NCBI GenBank assembly: GCA_003142185.1 | Contig: PLOR01000022.1 | Coordinates: 2,336-66,335, forward strand | DNA: 64,000 nucleotides | Direction: 5' to 3' | Source of the DNA: Bryobacterales bacterium | GTDB lineage: Bacteria > Acidobacteriota > Terriglobia > Bryobacterales > Bryobacteraceae | Notes under the pieces: model-generated | The model's input: only the letters and a program-made list of their open reading frames with translations | Databases searched by the model: none | Told to the model about the DNA's origin: nothing | Translations under genes and position numbers: made by a program | In this document: positions 60,927-64,000 of the stretch, one piece after another | Layout of the letters: each line of letters opens with the position of its first letter | How positions within the stretch are numbered: the first letter of the stretch is position 1

Positions 60927-63653
60927 TCAGACTTCCAGGATAAGATCGGCGCCCGGCGCTAGCGCTACGGTTTCGGCCAAGAGAAAGACCACGCGTTTGT
61001 TTTCGCGCCGCAACTCATGCGCCAGCATATTCTCTCCGGCGCGCGCCACGGATTTGGCTCCAGGCGGGGTAGCGACAACGAGCTCCACCGCGTGACAGGG
61101 GAGTTTCCCCTCGATCACCGAAAGCGCGAAGCGCGTGCGTCCATCGCGCACCGACTGCGAGAACATACCCCATCCGGTGGCCGTCGACCAGAACGACCGG
61201 ATGTCCGGACCGGGAAGACGCGGCGCGACGACAACTCTGTCCTCGTCGCCCCGATAGCGGAATCCGCTGAGCGCCAGGATGCCCGACCACGCCGACATGG
61301 CGCGGGCGTAATGATGGCCGCATTCGAACTCATCCCACGGATTGCGCCGCTCGCCGTCATACCTCCGCCGGACATCCTCATAGCAGCGCACACCTTCGTC
61401 GATCTTGCCGGAAAAGAGCAGTTGGGTGGCAAAGAGGTATTCGATCCCGGTCCAGGATTCAGCGTAATAAGGGAAAGGTATACTCGGCCGCTTCGCAGGG
61501 CCGTAATCGCAGACAAGGACCGCGGCTTCGTCGTTGAGCGCATAGACCCGCTGGACAGAGTCGTGCCGCTCCAGATTGCTTCGATAGTTGTAACGGAGGA
61601 TCGACGCAAGCGTCGTACGGATGTTATCCGGAGCGAGCAAGGGACCAAGGCCGGCGATATCGGCCAGATACTGTCCGATCAATTGGTCGGCAAGGCAGCC
61701 CTCGCCAAGCTGGAAATCGGGATGCTCGGGATCCTCGGCCCCCCCGGTGGAGCGAAGCTGCGGTGCGATCCGATCGCGCGGGATGCCATGAATCTGTTGC
61801 ACGTAGTAATGCCCGTTGAAAAGGTTAGCGTCGATCCACCGGCTCCCGCTATCGAACAGACGGCGGCATTCGGCAGCGAACGATCCATCACCCACGGCTC
61901 GCGCCATTTCCTCACAGGCGCGCAGTGCGCCCAGATAATAGACGCCGCAAAACGGGTTGGGACCATAGAACTCGACGTCGTAAGTGTTGTGCTGCACACC
62001 TTCGAGGACGCCGTCGCGGTTCGCGTCCCAGCCTCCTTCGATCCAGGCGAATTCCAGCGCCTTCCGGACCTTCGGCCAGATCCGCAGCAACCAGTCGCGA
62101 TCGCCGCAAAGTTGCCAGTCGATGAAGGTCTTGATGATCTGCCCCATGGTTCCGTCGGCGGCGGTGGTGCCACGCGTCTGGTTGCCTTCGGGCAGTGCCA
62201 GGCGGATGGGCAACATGCCGTGCAGACGATCCGCCAGGTCGAAGGCGGCTTCGCGCATGGAGCGCGCCAGTGACGGAAACAGAAACGGCGTGGTGGTTTC
62301 GTAATTCCAGACGTGCGTGCAATTGCCGGGGCAGCAGCCGCGATCGTCGGTGATCCCTTCAAACCCGCGAAACTTCCCGTCCGCCGTGCGGAAGCAGGTA
62401 GGCGTTACCAGCGTGGAGAGATTTGCCATGGCCGCTTCCTTCACCGGGGCAGGCAGCGTGGACTCTCGCATGGCCGCGAGAAAACGCTTCATCCGCGGCT
62501 CCAGGGTGGGCAGGTTTTGGCGAGCGTATTCGGCCGCGGCCCAGGCATCGGGGAAGCGCTGGCAGTAGTAGTTGCCGATGATGGCATTCGGGTCCACACC
62601 GGACGTATCTCCGTTCAGTTCCTCCCATCCGAAAGCGGTGGTGCGATTCGGAAAGTGCCAGGCGAGAAGAAACGTGAACTCCGCTTTTGCGCCGGGCGCG
62701 ATGGAGCGCTGGAGGCAGACCGATCCGACATTGTTCCGTTCGGCGGCCTCGGGCCCGAGTTGACCGTCACCGGAGAAATCGTCCCAGAACAACAACGGGC
62801 TTGCCCACCACTTCGCGCGCGGCCAGCCGCGCAGGTGTGTCACCCTGCCGTCTCCGGGACCGGCAACGCACAGCGCGAAGGAACCGGCCAGCGGAGCGTC
62901 GTGGGCGGCGCCGGGATTGGTCATCAGAAGCCCTGCAAGGTTGCCGGACTCCCGATATTCGCTGGTGCGCTTTTGCGCGATGCCGGCCCGCTGCTCTCCG
63001 CGGACCCCCACGCCGACCGGATTGTCGAGCGAGAACGCGATGGAGACCTCTACCGTCTGGCTGGCGGGATTCGTCACCACATAGCGCAGAATGGCCACGG
63101 GCAGACCGGAGGCGTCGGCGTCCAGCGGAATGATGGGCGTGAAGGCTTCGAGCGATACCAGCACCGGCAGGTCCCGATCTTCGAAGGCGATCTTGGCGAG
63201 TGGGTACTCACCGGTGAAGGTCGCGCTCTCGAGGCGCGCCAGCCCGGAGACCCGGTCCGGACTCAGGCCGCCCCAGGCTTCGTATGGTGGAATGAGCCGC
63301 GACTCCAGCACACGCGTGACGGGCTCGGCCGTGCCGATACGGGCGCGGATCGCAGGGAACGCGTACGCCGGGGATCTTCCCTTGTCGGGGTGATTGAAGA
63401 TCTCCCAGTCTCGCAACTGACCGCGCCCGCCAAGGCCGATGCTGCCGGCGCCGATTCCGCCCAAGGGAAACGCGATCATGGCGAGTTGACGACCGGAGAA
63501 TTGTCGAGGGTACGAGAAGCCGGGAATCGACTCAGCCGTGCCGGCGGACTTCAGCGGGGCCCGGCCAGCCTCAGCTTCCATGCCCGAAGCCGGACTCGGA
63601 CTCGTGCCCGCGGCCAGCGCGGCGGTCTTCAGGAAGTCGCGACGCCCTACCAT
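60927..63653 (-). CDS. GH116-family glycoside hydrolase (GBA2-type beta-glucosidase)
   Basis: 908 aa with a Tat-like signal (RRDFLKTAALAAG). The N-terminal block is FPLGGIGAGSIGLGGRGQLRDWEIFN. The (alpha/alpha)6 catalytic region includes DGTMGQIIK and NTYDVEFYGPNPF. Confidence 0.85.
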   Translation of the reverse strand: MVGRRDFLKTAALAAGTSPSPASGMEAEAGRAPLKSAGTAESIPGFSYPRQFSGRQLAMIAFPLGGIGAGSIGLGGRGQLRDWEIFNHPDKGRSPAYAFPAIRARIGTAEPVTRVLESRLIPPYEAWGGLSPDRVSGLARLESATFTGEYPLAKIAFEDRDLPVLVSLEAFTPIIPLDADASGLPVAILRYVVTNPASQTVEVSIAFSLDNPVGVGVRGEQRAGIAQKRTSEYRESGNLAGLLMTNPGAAHDAPLAGSFALCVAGPGDGRVTHLRGWPRAKWWASPLLFWDDFSGDGQLGPEAAERNNVGSVCLQRSIAPGAKAEFTFLLAWHFPNRTTAFGWEELNGDTSGVDPNAIIGNYYCQRFPDAWAAAEYARQNLPTLEPRMKRFLAAMRESTLPAPVKEAAMANLSTLVTPTCFRTADGKFRGFEGITDDRGCCPGNCTHVWNYETTTPFLFPSLARSMREAAFDLADRLHGMLPIRLALPEGNQTRGTTAADGTMGQIIKTFIDWQLCGDRDWLLRIWPKVRKALEFAWIEGGWDANRDGVLEGVQHNTYDVEFYGPNPFCGVYYLGALRACEEMARAVGDGSFAAECRRLFDSGSRWIDANLFNGHYYVQQIHGIPRDRIAPQLRSTGGAEDPEHPDFQLGEGCLADQLIGQYLADIAGLGPLLAPDNIRTTLASILRYNYRSNLERHDSVQRVYALNDEAAVLVCDYGPAKRPSIPFPYYAESWTGIEYLFATQLLFSGKIDEGVRCYEDVRRRYDGERRNPWDEFECGHHYARAMSAWSGILALSGFRYRGDEDRVVVAPRLPGPDIRSFWSTATGWGMFSQSVRDGRTRFALSVIEGKLPCHAVELVVATPPGAKSVARAGENMLAHELRRENKRVVFLLAETVALAPGADLILEV

Positions 63654-63663
63654 AAGATCTACT

Positions 63664-64000
63664 TTATTCTGCTTGGCTGCCTTTGGATGCTGTGAGCAGC
63701 GGCTCCAGCACCTTGGTCAGGGCCTCGTCCGTCAACTCGGGGAGTTGAACGTGGCGGAAGAGCATCCAGTGTTCGGTCTGTTCCACTGTCTGCCCCGGCA
63801 GCACCCGAGTCAAGGGGCCCAGCGTCTCCATCTCCAGAAATTCGTTGTTGGTGAACGTTTCGAACGCGCATCCGAAGTCCGGGTAAGTCTTCGATGGATC
63901 GGCCTGGGCGCGCTTCAGAAAAGCTTCCCCGTTCAGCACGTAGAAGGCCCAGGTGTCGCGATTGAACAAACCGATTTTCTGAGCGTCGCTGTTGTTGGGG
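63664..64000 (-). CDS. Hypothetical protein, 5' end outside the window (possibly DUF4380-like, glycan-locus associated)
   Basis: The frame is open to base 64000 (…PNNSDAQKIGLFNRDTWAFYV…FTNNEFLEMETLGPL…). The family assignment comes from memory of the ElEtlgPl pattern only. Confidence 0.5.
   Translation of the reverse strand, partial: PNNSDAQKIGLFNRDTWAFYVLNGEAFLKRAQADPSKTYPDFGCAFETFTNNEFLEMETLGPLTRVLPGQTVEQTEHWMLFRHVQLPELTDEALTKVLEPLLTASKGSQAE

Noticed and set aside
1-64000. CRISPR arrays, rRNA genes, intact prophage or an intact IS element.
   Set aside because: No run of regularly spaced direct repeats and no rRNA-like segments were seen. The only transposase and both integrases are fragments.

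Overview
High-GC (about 60-65%) bacterial chromosomal window, probably from an Acidobacterium of the Solibacter/Bryobacter type. The taxon guess rests on a VWFA-related acidobacterial-domain protein, two beta-propeller proteins with the Solibacter-type C-terminal Ig-like domain, and several Ser/Thr-kinase remnants. All domain calls were made by eye from motifs in the ORF track and the raw sequence. No homology search was run.

Layout:
- 0-14 kb and 24-34 kb: accessory, decayed DNA. It holds secreted hydrolases mixed with many gene fragments: two integrase pieces, an IS91 transposase remnant, a DNA-methylase piece, a cyclase piece, truncated kinases, and frameshifted peptidase, OMP and ketopantoate-reductase genes. 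A co-oriented 24-nt bipartite motif (RCGWTA-N8-TATCGG) recurs at gene junctions here.
- 14.1-24.2 kb: a translationally coupled Wsp-like chemosensory operon (cheW-cheR-cheW-MCP-cheA/REC-cheB) ending in a four-receiver hybrid histidine kinase.
- 34.3-38.6 kb: carbamoyltransferase, a kinase-like orphan, and an amidohydrolase.
- 38.6-42.6 kb: a three-gene minus-strand island. It has a 409-aa orphan protein, a TIR-domain protein, and a protein with an NDT/SLOG-like head and a helical-repeat body. Two of the three genes are about 50% GC. This is my best candidate for an undescribed, Thoeris-like immune or signalling system.
- 42.6-45.2 kb: a NitT/TauT-type ABC transporter.
- 45.7-58.5 kb: a complete-looking CODH/acetyl-CoA-synthase (Wood-Ljungdahl carbonyl branch) operon. 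It is headed by a single-domain MetE-like methyltransferase, and no acsE is seen in the window. It carries two REP-like insertions and a duplicated acsB start that creates a 21-codon uORF.
- 58.6-64 kb: glycan-related genes (FGE-domain protein, GH116).

No rRNA, tRNA or CRISPR array was seen.
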